Source: a virus. Taken from it: a stretch of DNA of 39,875 bases. The stretch is from positions 1 to 39,875 of the IMG/VR virus record IMGVR_UViG_3300023118_000004. The stretch is one strand, 5' to 3'. The notes under the pieces are model-generated. The model was not told the DNA's origin. It saw only the letters and a program-made list of their open reading frames with translations, and ran no database searches. Positions 16,136 to 24,436 of the stretch are shown here, in pieces (the stretch's first letter is position 1; every line of letters begins with the position of its first letter). Position numbers and translations under genes: made by a program.

Positions 16136-16291
16136 TTATTTGTTTTCTTCCAATTGCTTCACTACAAAATAGCCAACAGTTAGAATAGTCATATTAATTT
16201 TTAATATTATTTTTTCTATTACGCTATCATTTGTAAAAAATAATATCATACTTACGAATAGAACGAACAGCAATGCATTTGACTTTTTCAT
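16136..16291 (-). CDS. Small membrane protein (hand-called, 51 aa)
   Basis: MKKSNALLFVLFVSMILFFTNDSVIEKIILKINMTILTVGYFVVKQLEENK. Confidence 0.35.
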   Translation of the reverse strand: MKKSNALLFVLFVSMILFFTNDSVIEKIILKINMTILTVGYFVVKQLEENK

Positions 16292-16322
16292 AATCTATTT
16301 TTTTAATGTTATTTCAATTCCG

Positions 16323-16649
16323 TTAATGGTTAATTCTATCCAACAACATAGCTTTCTCAATTAAGAAGTAAACCAAAATGTCGTTGTATTTTTCATGCAC
16401 TTTGTCTGGTTTAGGCATAATACCTATTTTTAAATCGTTGCGTATATCTTCAACTGATATTAAATGTTTTAATAAAAATCCTTGCAAAACTTCTTCTGCA
16501 CTTTTACCAGTTAATTGCGCTCCTCTATTAAAATTGTGATAGGGATCATTGTTTCGTCTATATTCTTTCCCTTTTTCAATCAAAAGGTTTTGCAAGTCTT
16601 CTAAGGTATTATTTATAACTTCTTCAAATTGTTTTTCTTTGTCGCTCAT
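16323..16649 (-). CDS. All-alpha MazG-like / DUF1599-like nucleotide pyrophosphohydrolase-fold protein (tentative)
   Basis: 108 aa. 'KGKEYRRNNDPYHNF...' and 'LLKHLISVEDI...EKYNDILVYFLI' resemble the K..DYG / K..R / E..D..nY pattern of that family. Confidence 0.35.
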   Translation of the reverse strand: MSDKEKQFEEVINNTLEDLQNLLIEKGKEYRRNNDPYHNFNRGAQLTGKSAEEVLQGFLLKHLISVEDIRNDLKIGIMPKPDKVHEKYNDILVYFLIEKAMLLDRINH

Positions 16650-16702
16650 AATTTCTCTATTTATTTTTAGTTTTCAAATAAGGCTCAATTTTTGGGTAGG
16701 GG

Positions 16703-17029
16703 TTAATATATTCTGAACTTAATATACTCGGATCCTTTTTTAACGATAGATTTAAACACGTGCAGTTCGTAAACATGCCTGTCATCAATTTTATACTTTT
16801 TTACCAGGCAATCAATAAATGATTTGCAACAATTATCAATATCAGAACCTTTAGAACTAAAACCGAACTCAATCGCTAATTTAATGTTTAATGGGTCAGG
16901 ATATTCGATTTTATTCGGCAATAGAAACATCATTGATTTTATAAATGCATCGTATTTTTTGCTACGGGTTCGCATGCCGTTAAAAGCCTCATTAACTGAC
17001 AAAGGTTTAATGTTTATCGTGTGATTCAT
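16703..17029 (-). CDS. rusA: RusA-family Holliday junction resolvase
   Basis: 108 aa. 'KPLSVNEAF...' and 'GSDIDNCCKSFIDCL' match the RusA D.DN..K..D.L signature. Confidence 0.7.
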   Translation of the reverse strand: MNHTINIKPLSVNEAFNGMRTRSKKYDAFIKSMMFLLPNKIEYPDPLNIKLAIEFGFSSKGSDIDNCCKSFIDCLVKKYKIDDRHVYELHVFKSIVKKGSEYIKFRIY

Positions 17030-17057
17030 AAGCGCTGAGTTATTAAGTTACGATAAA

Positions 17058-17065
17058 CCAAATTT
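17058..17065 (-). promoter_or_regulatory. Candidate -7 promoter box upstream of rusA
   Basis: The minus strand reads TAAATTTG, about 30 nt upstream of the ATG at 17029 and just after a hairpin terminator. Confidence 0.45.
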
Positions 17066-17095
17066 ACACGTTCTCGATTCTGCCCTCTTGAATGA

Positions 17096-17125
17096 TAAAA
17101 AGCAATTAATCGAGTAATTGCTTTT
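17096..17125 (-). terminator. Symmetric (bidirectional-type) intrinsic terminator
   Basis: Perfect 12-bp stem AAAAAGCAATTA / TAATTGCTTTTT with the 6-nt loop ATCGAG. Confidence 0.6.
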
Positions 17126-17145
17126 TAGTGGCGATTCTTTTGATT

Positions 17146-17343
17146 TCATAATAAGATTATTTCTTTTTTAACATCATCCCAATAATCAAATCTAGGCGTA
17201 GGACTTACTCTGACCATTGTAGATTCTTTTTGTAATTCATCAACTAAAAAGAAAGCTGTTCTTTTGGATTTCTCCCAATCTTTTTTGCCGTTTAATACAT
17301 AAATCTTGTTTACGTAAAATAATGCTTGATCTTTTGGACTCAT
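17146..17343 (-). CDS. Hypothetical protein
   Basis: 65-aa ORF with an ATGA overlap to the upstream gene. Confidence 0.5.
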   Translation of the reverse strand: MSPKDQALFYVNKIYVLNGKKDWEKSKRTAFFLVDELQKESTMVRVSPTPRFDYWDDVKKEIILL

Positions 17344-17744
17344 AATTTATTTTCTATTGTTTTTAATACATCTTTAATTCTATAAAACCCTAAATTATTA
17401 CCGTTATTAATAGCCGTTTGCTTAGCTAGTAAGTCATACTTATCACTTGCTAAGATTATAAATTCTCCAAAAGCTTTTACTATTGTACGGCTTGATTTGT
17501 GTTTTAAATATTCCTCGCATTTCTTTATTTGATCTTCTGAAATATTATTTTTTTGTTCCTCTAATGGTGGATTTGGAGTTTTTATTTTTTGGTAGTGGGT
17601 AACTAAATTTGCGTTTAAGTCGCTCCATCCTTTTCCATCAAAAACCTCAAACGCTTCTATTTTATTTAAAACAGATACAAAAACAAAATATAATCCTGAT
17701 TCTGTTGGTAATTCTTCTTTATCTTTTATCTTTATCCAATCCAT
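17340..17744 (-). CDS. Hypothetical protein with a DUF551-like N-terminus
   Basis: 134 aa. 'MDWIKIKDKEELPTESGLYFVFV' resembles the DUF551 W.s.kd.LP start. Confidence 0.5.
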   Translation of the reverse strand: MDWIKIKDKEELPTESGLYFVFVSVLNKIEAFEVFDGKGWSDLNANLVTHYQKIKTPNPPLEEQKNNISEDQIKKCEEYLKHKSSRTIVKAFGEFIILASDKYDLLAKQTAINNGNNLGFYRIKDVLKTIENKL

Positions 17745-17762
17745 AATTTAATTTTTTAATTG

Positions 17763-17867
17763 TTAATATTCATCATTATTTGTTTCAGAATAATATATTT
17801 CTCTTTTTTCTTTGTCTGATAAACTTTCATCAGAATCTATTTTGTTGTATAGTTCTTCTTTAGTCAT
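17763..17867 (-). CDS. Tiny acidic ORF (hand-called, 34 aa)
   Basis: MTKEELYNKIDSDESLSDKEKREIYYSETNNDEY. Confidence 0.25.
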   Translation of the reverse strand: MTKEELYNKIDSDESLSDKEKREIYYSETNNDEY

Positions 17868-17933
17868 AATTAATTATTTTAGTTAAGATTATAGGTAAAT
17901 AACTTTTTTCTTTTTTCGTATTCGATTTCAATT

Positions 17934-18812
17934 CTAAAAATCAGGCGATGATTTATTTTTAGGTAAATTATCTATTTCATTTTCTTGAATCTCATAAGGC
18001 AACCAATCATCATTAACCCCGAATAATAAATCTTCAAACGGAATGTTACGGCTATATTCACAAGTTACATTTGTAAACCCTGTTTCTTTATCGTTATCTA
18101 TAAACGCAACCGTTTCGGCTTTCTTTAAAACAGAGCTTCCAACGTGTCCAACTGGCTTAGATGTTCCGAAATTCTTATGCAAAATACCCGTTATATGCAT
18201 CTGTTCTTTTGAAGTCCATTCTAAAAGCTTCTCAGTTAGACCTGTAGCTTGTTCTAAGCTGTTAAAATCAGTTACAAGGTCTACATATCCATCAATAGAA
18301 ATTAATCCAATCTGAGCCCTGTATTCACTTTCATAAATAATCCAGTCTATAAACTCAAAACGTTCTTTTGGCGAATATTGTCTAAGCGAAAATGTTTTGT
18401 AAAGATCATAATTACCACCGACCATATCACAAACACGTCTAACGACTCTCTGAGTATGAAATTTTGATTGTTCCGTATCAAATTCAATAATAAATTTTTC
18501 GTTCGTTTGATGCCCTTTAATTGAAGGATTTAAAATATTTGATTGTCCTCCAATATAACCTGCAACAATCATAGACTTAAAAAATGTCTTTCTACTTTTA
18601 GAAGCTCCAACTATACAGGAAAAATCTCCATAAGAGCCAAACGGAATCGCAAACGATGTTCCTTTGTATAAACTTGTACCAACGCTTATTGCAACTGGCT
18701 GTGGTTTTATTTCTTCAGCAGGATCAATATAAGAATCTTTCGCTATTTGTGAAAAATCTATTTTAGCCTCTGGAATAATAATTAAATCGTCTAATCCTGA
18801 TAAATCTGCCAT
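17934..18812 (-). CDS. RecA-fold P-loop ATPase (RepA/DnaB-C-terminal-like replication ATPase)
   Basis: 292 aa with Walker A 'GASKSRKT' and Walker B-like 'GLISIDGYVDL'. It lies downstream of the initiator-like gene. Confidence 0.6.
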   Translation of the reverse strand: MADLSGLDDLIIIPEAKIDFSQIAKDSYIDPAEEIKPQPVAISVGTSLYKGTSFAIPFGSYGDFSCIVGASKSRKTFFKSMIVAGYIGGQSNILNPSIKGHQTNEKFIIEFDTEQSKFHTQRVVRRVCDMVGGNYDLYKTFSLRQYSPKERFEFIDWIIYESEYRAQIGLISIDGYVDLVTDFNSLEQATGLTEKLLEWTSKEQMHITGILHKNFGTSKPVGHVGSSVLKKAETVAFIDNDKETGFTNVTCEYSRNIPFEDLLFGVNDDWLPYEIQENEIDNLPKNKSSPDF

Positions 18813-18813
18813 A

Positions 18814-19299
18814 TCAAATATAATTATTAATGTTTTTTATAAATTCGTTTACCGTGTTGGAAAATGATTTAGTGACTTTTTCTTTTGTCCAATTAACTTT
18901 TATTTTTTCAATTATTCCTTTTTCGTTGGCTTTTATTTTTTCGGGTTCACTTTCCAATGATTCAAAATTAAATCCTAAATCTTTTAAATAATTGTTTAAT
19001 TCCTGTTGATTAAGGTTCGATGTAAGAAAAGTTAAGTGATGGTCTAACGGTCTTTCTAATTCAGTATTTAAACTTGCAATTGCCCCTTTCATACTTCCTG
19101 AGTGATGCAGGTTTAAATTTAAAACGTAGCAAACTAATTTTGCAAAAAGTAAGTGATCGTTAACCAAAGCTTTTTCGCTTTCTAAAATCGTTTCGTTTAT
19201 ATTTTTAATTGCTTCTATGTCCTCAGGAAAAACTTGTTTCGGAACACGCTTATAAAGCTTAACTACACGCTCTATTGATTTATCAGATTTCCAACTCAT
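18814..19299 (-). CDS. Hypothetical protein
   Basis: 161-aa ORF tightly packed in the replication block. Confidence 0.55.
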   Translation of the reverse strand: MSWKSDKSIERVVKLYKRVPKQVFPEDIEAIKNINETILESEKALVNDHLLFAKLVCYVLNLNLHHSGSMKGAIASLNTELERPLDHHLTFLTSNLNQQELNNYLKDLGFNFESLESEPEKIKANEKGIIEKIKVNWTKEKVTKSFSNTVNEFIKNINNYI

Positions 19300-19302
19300 G
19301 GC

Positions 19303-19671
19303 TTAAAAACTATATCCATCATAAAATCCATCACAACTTTTAGGCATTGCCTCCTGATCTTCAAATGTTGACCAAATATTTTGAAGTCCTTTTCTTTCTA
19401 TAGACCAAGGGAACATTAATTTACCAAATTTAGTGCATTGAAAAACTTCTTTCTCTTCGTCTACATAATCCGTTCCGTATTCAGGATTATAATGCTTTTC
19501 AAATGAAACAAAAACCTTTTTCTTTGTTAAATAAGCACAACCATAACAAGCCTTTTTATTAATCGGATTATGGTAGCATATAATTTCGTGATTAACCATT
19601 GCGTGTTTTCTTTTCAATTCCTTTTTACAAAAATCACATTTGTAAATAGTAACATTGTTTATTTCTTTCAT
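19303..19671 (-). CDS. Zinc-finger protein
   Basis: 122 aa with a C2H2-like 'CDFCKKELKRKHAMVNHEIICYH' and further Cys pairs. Confidence 0.55.
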   Translation of the reverse strand: MKEINNVTIYKCDFCKKELKRKHAMVNHEIICYHNPINKKACYGCAYLTKKKVFVSFEKHYNPEYGTDYVDEEKEVFQCTKFGKLMFPWSIERKGLQNIWSTFEDQEAMPKSCDGFYDGYSF

Positions 19672-20021
19672 AATCTATCTTCTTTAATTTTTGGTTTAGG
19701 AAATTGTTTCTTTTGACTTGGTGTTAATTTATAATAAACTTCATCGCTTTTTAAATGTTCTCTAATCCAAATGCAAATTTCCTGAATATTTAATTTATAA
19801 GTTTTTCCGTATTTACCTAGAGAACCATTTCTAAGGGCTGTAATTATTAAATCAGAATCTAATGTTTTAAACTCTGAATAAATATCAGCCGTTATTTTGT
19901 TTAGCTTGTCTATTGATATTTCGGATTCTAATCTATCATAAACAACCGTTATAGCTATTTTTATATTATTGATTAAGAAGTCCGAGCCTTGCGAGTCTGG
20001 CAATGTCTGTAATTGATTCAT
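19668..20021 (-). CDS. Hypothetical protein
   Basis: 117 aa. It overlaps the upstream gene by 56 nt, so the true start is uncertain. Confidence 0.5.
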   Translation of the reverse strand: MNQLQTLPDSQGSDFLINNIKIAITVVYDRLESEISIDKLNKITADIYSEFKTLDSDLIITALRNGSLGKYGKTYKLNIQEICIWIREHLKSDEVYYKLTPSQKKQFPKPKIKEDRL

Positions 20022-20712
20022 CTGTTTTTATGTTTTTATTAATATTTTCTTTTAAGTAAGGTAAAGTGTTTTTAAGTTTAGTTTTCCAATTCTTAATTTC
20101 TTTGCCGTGTCCGTCCTTCCATTCATTTTCTACCCATGAATCGTACTTTGCTTTTACCGAATATTCATCTATAAAAGGCTTTTGTTCTTTAGCATATAAA
20201 ATGAAATCTTCATACTCAGGAATATTATTTACTTTACTTTTATTTTCTATAGTATCCTTTACTATACTTTGTGTGTTATCGGCTACTGTAAGTTTACTTT
20301 TACTAGGTTTACGTATCCCTAAACCAATTAAAAGGAGTAATAAACCCTCATAAGTTATACATGTATTTTTTCTCTTAAAATATGCATCACTAATACTTTC
20401 AATAAATGACTGGCACCAAATTATTTTATTTTCCTTCCAAAGAACAGAATCAAACTTTCCAATATCTACTAAATCATTAACAATTGATAAAAGAATTTCT
20501 TTACTTACTTTACACTTTGCACTAAGAAACATTACTGTAGTCGGTTTTGATAAGTCTAAGTAATGATAATTAGTTTTTGCTAATTCTCTTAGTAATTTAA
20601 TAAAGGTTGCAAATCCATCATTCCCGTAAGTTTCTTCAATGTAAAACATCTTGTTACCTTCTTCGCAATAAAAAGGAAAATAATCAACGTTATTTCGTTC
20701 AGGTCTAGCCAT
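19966..20712 (-). CDS. DUF4373 (Lin1244/Lin1753-like) replication initiation-associated protein
   Basis: 'NNVDYFPFYCEEGNKMFYIEETYGNDGFATFIKLLRELAK' is the typical DUF4373 N-terminus seen in Bacteroidota phages. Confidence 0.7.
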   Translation of the reverse strand: MARPERNNVDYFPFYCEEGNKMFYIEETYGNDGFATFIKLLRELAKTNYHYLDLSKPTTVMFLSAKCKVSKEILLSIVNDLVDIGKFDSVLWKENKIIWCQSFIESISDAYFKRKNTCITYEGLLLLLIGLGIRKPSKSKLTVADNTQSIVKDTIENKSKVNNIPEYEDFILYAKEQKPFIDEYSVKAKYDSWVENEWKDGHGKEIKNWKTKLKNTLPYLKENINKNIKTDESITDIARLARLGLLNQ

Positions 20713-20753
20713 AATAATATTTACTAATAGTTAATTTTAAGCGCAAAAAAAAA

Positions 20754-20906
20754 TTATAATTGTACAAATGTAACTCCATCAATGATTACTTTCTTCAGTA
20801 ATCCGGATTCCAGCCTCTTGTAAACAGTAGGCTTTGAAACTCCGTAAGCTTTTGAATAGTTCTCAACTGTTTTTAATTTAGTCCTGTCTATTTTTAATGT
20901 TTCCAT
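20754..20906 (-). CDS. Small excisionase/MerR-like HTH DNA-binding protein (hand-called, 50 aa)
   Basis: METLKIDRTKLKTVENYSKAYGVSKPTVYKRLESGLLKKVIIDGVTFVQL. It is the first gene after a 257-bp intergenic region. Confidence 0.5.
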   Translation of the reverse strand: METLKIDRTKLKTVENYSKAYGVSKPTVYKRLESGLLKKVIIDGVTFVQL

Positions 20907-20979
20907 TTACTAATTGTTAATTTCTAAGTTTAATAAAAGCCCATTCTTTAAAACAGGCTTTTTTATATTTATTTATAAG

Positions 20980-20987
20980 CAAATATA
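20980..20987 (-). promoter_or_regulatory. Candidate -7 promoter box for the replication operon
   Basis: The minus strand reads TATATTTG. A 7-bp-stem hairpin (20935-20962) lies between it and the ATG at 20906. Confidence 0.45.
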
Positions 20988-21163
20988 CTTTTTTTTATTT
21001 AAAAAGCCTAATTTTAACTAGCCTTAATTATTTGTAAAGATAGGGGGTTTTGTTGGGTTGTGAAAATTATAGTATTCTATTTTTTGCAATATTAAAATAT
21101 GTTTCCATGCTGTAATTCTAATTTCATAATCCTAAATTTCATGCCTATTGGCGTTAGTGGGTT

Positions 21164-21352
21164 TTACTTCGGCATCATTCCGAATGTTTTGCTGTTTTCT
21201 ACAAACTGATTTAATATTTTCAATGCCATTTTTATATCTGCTGTTTTTCTGACATGGATAATAGCATCAATCAAATCATCTTCATCTTGTTCTGGATTAG
21301 GTTCGTTTAGTTTTTCTAATTCCCTATTAAGTATCTTTATTGCTTCTTTCAT
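21164..21352 (-). CDS. Hypothetical small acidic protein
   Basis: 62-aa ORF on the coding strand. Confidence 0.5.
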   Translation of the reverse strand: MKEAIKILNRELEKLNEPNPEQDEDDLIDAIIHVRKTADIKMALKILNQFVENSKTFGMMPK

Positions 21353-21358
21353 CCCAAT

Positions 21359-21574
21359 TTATTTTAAAGTTTCTTTGTTTGTTGAAAATGTTGAGGTGTA
21401 GTAAGTTTCTCCGTCTATACCTCCAGAATATAATCCGAAGTTAGTGGCATCAATAATTTGCTGTTCTTCGGTTTCTAAATAGTTTTTAGCTGTTGTGATT
21501 ACGTGATTTGGAATATTATCACGTTCTTTAATCTCTTCTAAGTATTCTATATATTCCGTTAAGGCTGTTTTCAT
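21359..21574 (-). CDS. Hypothetical small protein
   Basis: 71-aa ORF. Confidence 0.5.
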   Translation of the reverse strand: MKTALTEYIEYLEEIKERDNIPNHVITTAKNYLETEEQQIIDATNFGLYSGGIDGETYYTSTFSTNKETLK

Positions 21575-21605
21575 AATTTTAATTTAAGTTAGTTTTTGTG
21601 TTGGG

Positions 21606-21842
21606 TTATGAAAAAGTTTCATCGTAAATTTTAATTACTTTTTGATACGCTTCAACCCCTGATTCTCCTTGTACTTTAAGACCGAAATTAATTAGTTGCT
21701 CTTTTTCTTTTTCGATTAATTCATTTCGTACAATATTACCTATTCTATCAATAGAATCACAATCTGTTTTCTTTCCATGAAAAAATGTGTAATCTGATAA
21801 CTTTACCAATCTTTCTAAAAATTCGTTCATTAATGTTTTCAT
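21606..21842 (-). CDS. Hypothetical small protein
   Basis: 78-aa ORF. Confidence 0.5.
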   Translation of the reverse strand: MKTLMNEFLERLVKLSDYTFFHGKKTDCDSIDRIGNIVRNELIEKEKEQLINFGLKVQGESGVEAYQKVIKIYDETFS

Positions 21843-21855
21843 TTCCGTTTAGGTT

Positions 21856-22239
21856 TTAATTAATTTTTTGATGGGTTAGTTCTTCGTTGTATAATAACTG
21901 ATATAAGTTTTGTAATTGATGTGCGAAATCTATTTTAGTATCTATTTTAAATATTTGCATATCCCACGATATTAATTCAACACAGCCAACCAAAGAAATA
22001 CATAAATTTCTCTTTCTAAACCAAAATGGATTTGTAGAGTGTTTTTCGAAACCTAAGGCTAAAAATAATTCTTCATTTAAAAGAACGGGTTTAAAGTGCT
22101 TAGATATTGATCTGTATCTTGGGTTATTATTAAACATTTCTAATTCATGAATGTAATAAGCAGATATTTTATCTATATGCCCTAACTCATTTATAAAAAA
22201 ATTACCTGATCTTAATTCATTCGCTTTCAATTCACACAT
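21856..22239 (-). CDS. Hypothetical protein
   Basis: 127-aa ORF. Confidence 0.55.
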   Translation of the reverse strand: MCELKANELRSGNFFINELGHIDKISAYYIHELEMFNNNPRYRSISKHFKPVLLNEELFLALGFEKHSTNPFWFRKRNLCISLVGCVELISWDMQIFKIDTKIDFAHQLQNLYQLLYNEELTHQKIN

Positions 22240-22352
22240 ATCCCTATCTCTTTAATAATTTTACGTAACACTTCTCTATTTGTCGGTTCCGGCAACAATC
22301 GTTTTTTAAGTCGGGTGTTGTAGTTGTGGAATATTTGTTGGGTGGTTTTCAT
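22227..22352 (-). CDS. Small basic ORF (hand-called, 41 aa)
   Basis: MKTTQQIFHNYNTRLKKRLLPEPTNREVLRKIIKEIGICVN. It overlaps the next gene's start by 13 nt. Confidence 0.3.
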   Translation of the reverse strand: MKTTQQIFHNYNTRLKKRLLPEPTNREVLRKIIKEIGICVN

Positions 22353-22353
22353 G

Positions 22354-22950
22354 TTAGTCTAGTCCGAAATATAAATCGTTGCTTAAATCATCTGTGTTTG
22401 ATACTTTTAACGCTTCGATAAGTTTTGCTTTTGATTCTTTACATAACCCAAAACCGTAAGAACGATACCTATAAGAACGTTCAAAACTTGAAATAGGAAA
22501 CATTAAATTACCATCAATAACCAATTTGTTAGCGGTTAAATCTTCAAAGAAAGTATCTACATAAACATTGTAGTATAAAATTCCTTCTTCTTCAATTTTT
22601 CGAGCATAAGCAAAGCGAGTTATTGAAAAGTCAAACATTGAAATAATTTCAATTGCCGTTCCGTAAGTATGACGAATTAATTCGATACGAATATTTGTTT
22701 TCTTATTTTTAAAAGAAACCGTATTATTGTTTTCGTATGAAAAAATATAATCCTCGTTACCTTCAAAAAATGATTTTGCGCTTAGAAAGTCTGATTCTTT
22801 TTCAAAGAAAATATCTAAATCTTTTATTTTCTGATTCTTAAATATATTCTTAAAACAACCGCCTGCAATAAATCCTGCATGACCTTCCATGTAGTAATCT
22901 AAGAAACGAACTTTATTGAACGTTTCTTTTGTTTTTTCTTTAAACTCCAT
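22354..22950 (-). CDS. Minimal Pol-beta-superfamily nucleotidyltransferase, CCA-adding/poly(A)-polymerase head-domain-like
   Basis: 'FIAGGCFKNIFKNQKIKDLDIFF' fits the class II motif A (GGxVRDxxLGxxxxDxDi). 'MFDFSITRFAY' fits motif B (RDFTINAma). At 198 aa there are no body or tail domains. Confidence 0.55.
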   Translation of the reverse strand: MEFKEKTKETFNKVRFLDYYMEGHAGFIAGGCFKNIFKNQKIKDLDIFFEKESDFLSAKSFFEGNEDYIFSYENNNTVSFKNKKTNIRIELIRHTYGTAIEIISMFDFSITRFAYARKIEEEGILYYNVYVDTFFEDLTANKLVIDGNLMFPISSFERSYRYRSYGFGLCKESKAKLIEALKVSNTDDLSNDLYFGLD

Positions 22951-22993
22951 AATTATATTTTTAGTGATTTTATTTATCTGTTGGTTTTACTCG

Positions 22994-23200
22994 CTATTGT
23001 CTTTTGTAGCGTTCTATTAGGTATTGCTTTATGCATTCGTAGCGTTTAATGTTTTTGTCAGAGTTTTTGAACGCTATTTCTATTCCGTTATCAGGAAATC
23101 TATTTAGCCAACTTTGTTCTGCCATTATTCTGCCATCGCACAACTCAATCATTTCAATAATTGCTAATTTTCTCTGGTGGTATTTTTTCTGTTCTTGCAT
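22994..23200 (-). CDS. Hypothetical small protein
   Basis: 68-aa ORF. Confidence 0.5.
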   Translation of the reverse strand: MQEQKKYHQRKLAIIEMIELCDGRIMAEQSWLNRFPDNGIEIAFKNSDKNIKRYECIKQYLIERYKRQ

Positions 23201-23202
23201 GG

Positions 23203-23451
23203 TTATTCTAATTTAGAGTATTCAAACAACAATTCAAACTTACTCATTCTATCAATTTTAGGATCTAATGCTCCATCGTTTTCAAGACTGCAATATTCAA
23301 GTGTTGATTTAATTTGCTTAAGTCTTTCTTCTGTAAAGTGAGAATCTACAATTTCATTTAGACTATTGTAAAATTCAAAATACTTACTTTCAAATCTTGT
23401 ATCTCTTACAATGTCGTCAAGTTCTTCTAAAAATTCATTCGTTAATTTCAT
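23203..23451 (-). CDS. Hypothetical small acidic protein
   Basis: 82-aa ORF. Confidence 0.5.
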   Translation of the reverse strand: MKLTNEFLEELDDIVRDTRFESKYFEFYNSLNEIVDSHFTEERLKQIKSTLEYCSLENDGALDPKIDRMSKFELLFEYSKLE

Positions 23452-23474
23452 AATATTTATTTTTAAGTGGTTAA

Positions 23475-23756
23475 TTAATCGTTGTTGAATTGACCGTTAC
23501 CGTAATACTTTTCAATCGAAGCGCTATAAGGCTGTGATGTTCTAGGTGTTGTAATCTGAGTAAACACCAATTCATTAAAGTAAACCGTTTCATATCCAAG
23601 TCCAACGCTTTTAACCAGTCGATTACACTTCATTACAATAGCTTTAACGCCTTGTTTTACTTTCGACCACGCTTCTATCAAAGCCTCAGAAAAAGTTACG
23701 TTTTGCATTTTGAATATTGCGTGAGCTGAACGGAAAATAATTGATTTGTTGTACAT
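23475..23756 (-). CDS. Hypothetical protein
   Basis: I chose the start at MYNKSIIF (23756). The longer ORF-track start at 23828 lies inside a repeated promoter-like element. Confidence 0.5.
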   Translation of the reverse strand: MYNKSIIFRSAHAIFKMQNVTFSEALIEAWSKVKQGVKAIVMKCNRLVKSVGLGYETVYFNELVFTQITTPRTSQPYSASIEKYYGNGQFNND

Positions 23757-23776
23757 GATGGTTTGTTTTTGTTCGT

Positions 23777-23828
23777 CAAAGATATAAAACATATTTAAAT
23801 AAATAACGCTTTTATTAAAATTTAACAT
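23777..23828 (-). promoter_or_regulatory. Repeated promoter/operator element, copy 1
   Basis: The minus strand has ATGTTAAATTTT, then AATAAAAGCGTTATTTATTT, then the -7 box TATCTTTG, 21 nt before the ATG at 23756. Confidence 0.5.
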
Positions 23829-23909
23829 TTTTATTTTTCTCCTTCTGAATTTCCTCTTTTTGAATGTTACGAATGAAATCCATTACTTCCTTTTCTCGGC
23901 TCATAGGAA

Positions 23910-24209
23910 TTAAAAAGTTTTTTCTAATCGGGTTAGGAATTGGGTTTCTTCCTGCGTTTCTGTAAGTTGATTCTTTTTTCGTAAACATTCTTCTTTGATT
24001 AAATTAAATTCTTCTTGCATTTTTTCTAAATATTCTATTTCTTTAAATATAAAATTTTTCCCCTTGCATGTTTCTGAATATTCTATAGTTTCTTTTAAAA
24101 ATATTTCAAAAATAGAACATGTGTTTTTTTGGTTTTTAGTAATAAAGCCTATAATGTTTAAAATCCTGTACACTTCTTGTTTCGGATGTAAATCAAAATC
24201 TATTTTCAT
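23910..24209 (-). CDS. Hypothetical protein
   Basis: I chose the start at MKIDFDLHPKQ (24209), 1 nt after the upstream stop. The ORF-track start at 24290 would overlap the upstream gene by 80 nt. Confidence 0.5.
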   Translation of the reverse strand: MKIDFDLHPKQEVYRILNIIGFITKNQKNTCSIFEIFLKETIEYSETCKGKNFIFKEIEYLEKMQEEFNLIKEECLRKKNQLTETQEETQFLTRLEKTF

Positions 24210-24210
24210 A

Positions 24211-24435
24211 TTAATTATTATTTGTGTTTTTGCCTTTGTTCCAATTATACCAACTATTTGTTGTATGTTTAAACGGATTTTTATGTTCAAATTTTGATTT
24301 CTGACCTAATAAAAAACTTTCTTCATCAAAGTAGCTTTCAATCCAAAGTATTTGTTTTTCATTTTGGCAAAACTCGCATTTATTTACCCGTCCATCATTC
24401 CCTGAAGGGTAATAGTGATCACAATCTTTTTTCAT
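24211..24435 (-). CDS. Small Cys-containing (possible zinc-binding) protein
   Basis: 74 aa with 'CDH...CEFC'. Confidence 0.5.
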   Translation of the reverse strand: MKKDCDHYYPSGNDGRVNKCEFCQNEKQILWIESYFDEESFLLGQKSKFEHKNPFKHTTNSWYNWNKGKNTNNN

Positions 24436-24436
24436 T

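Noticed and set aside
23815-23904. A 29-aa ORF (MSREKEVMDFIRNIQKEEIQKEKNKNVKF) filling the gap between 23910 and the promoter element, and MLNF... mini-ORFs starting at each ATGTTAAATTTT box.
   Set aside because: These are too short and overlap the repeated regulatory element. The shared ATG in the 12-mer is more simply part of a DNA motif than three leader peptides. I cannot support them from sequence alone.
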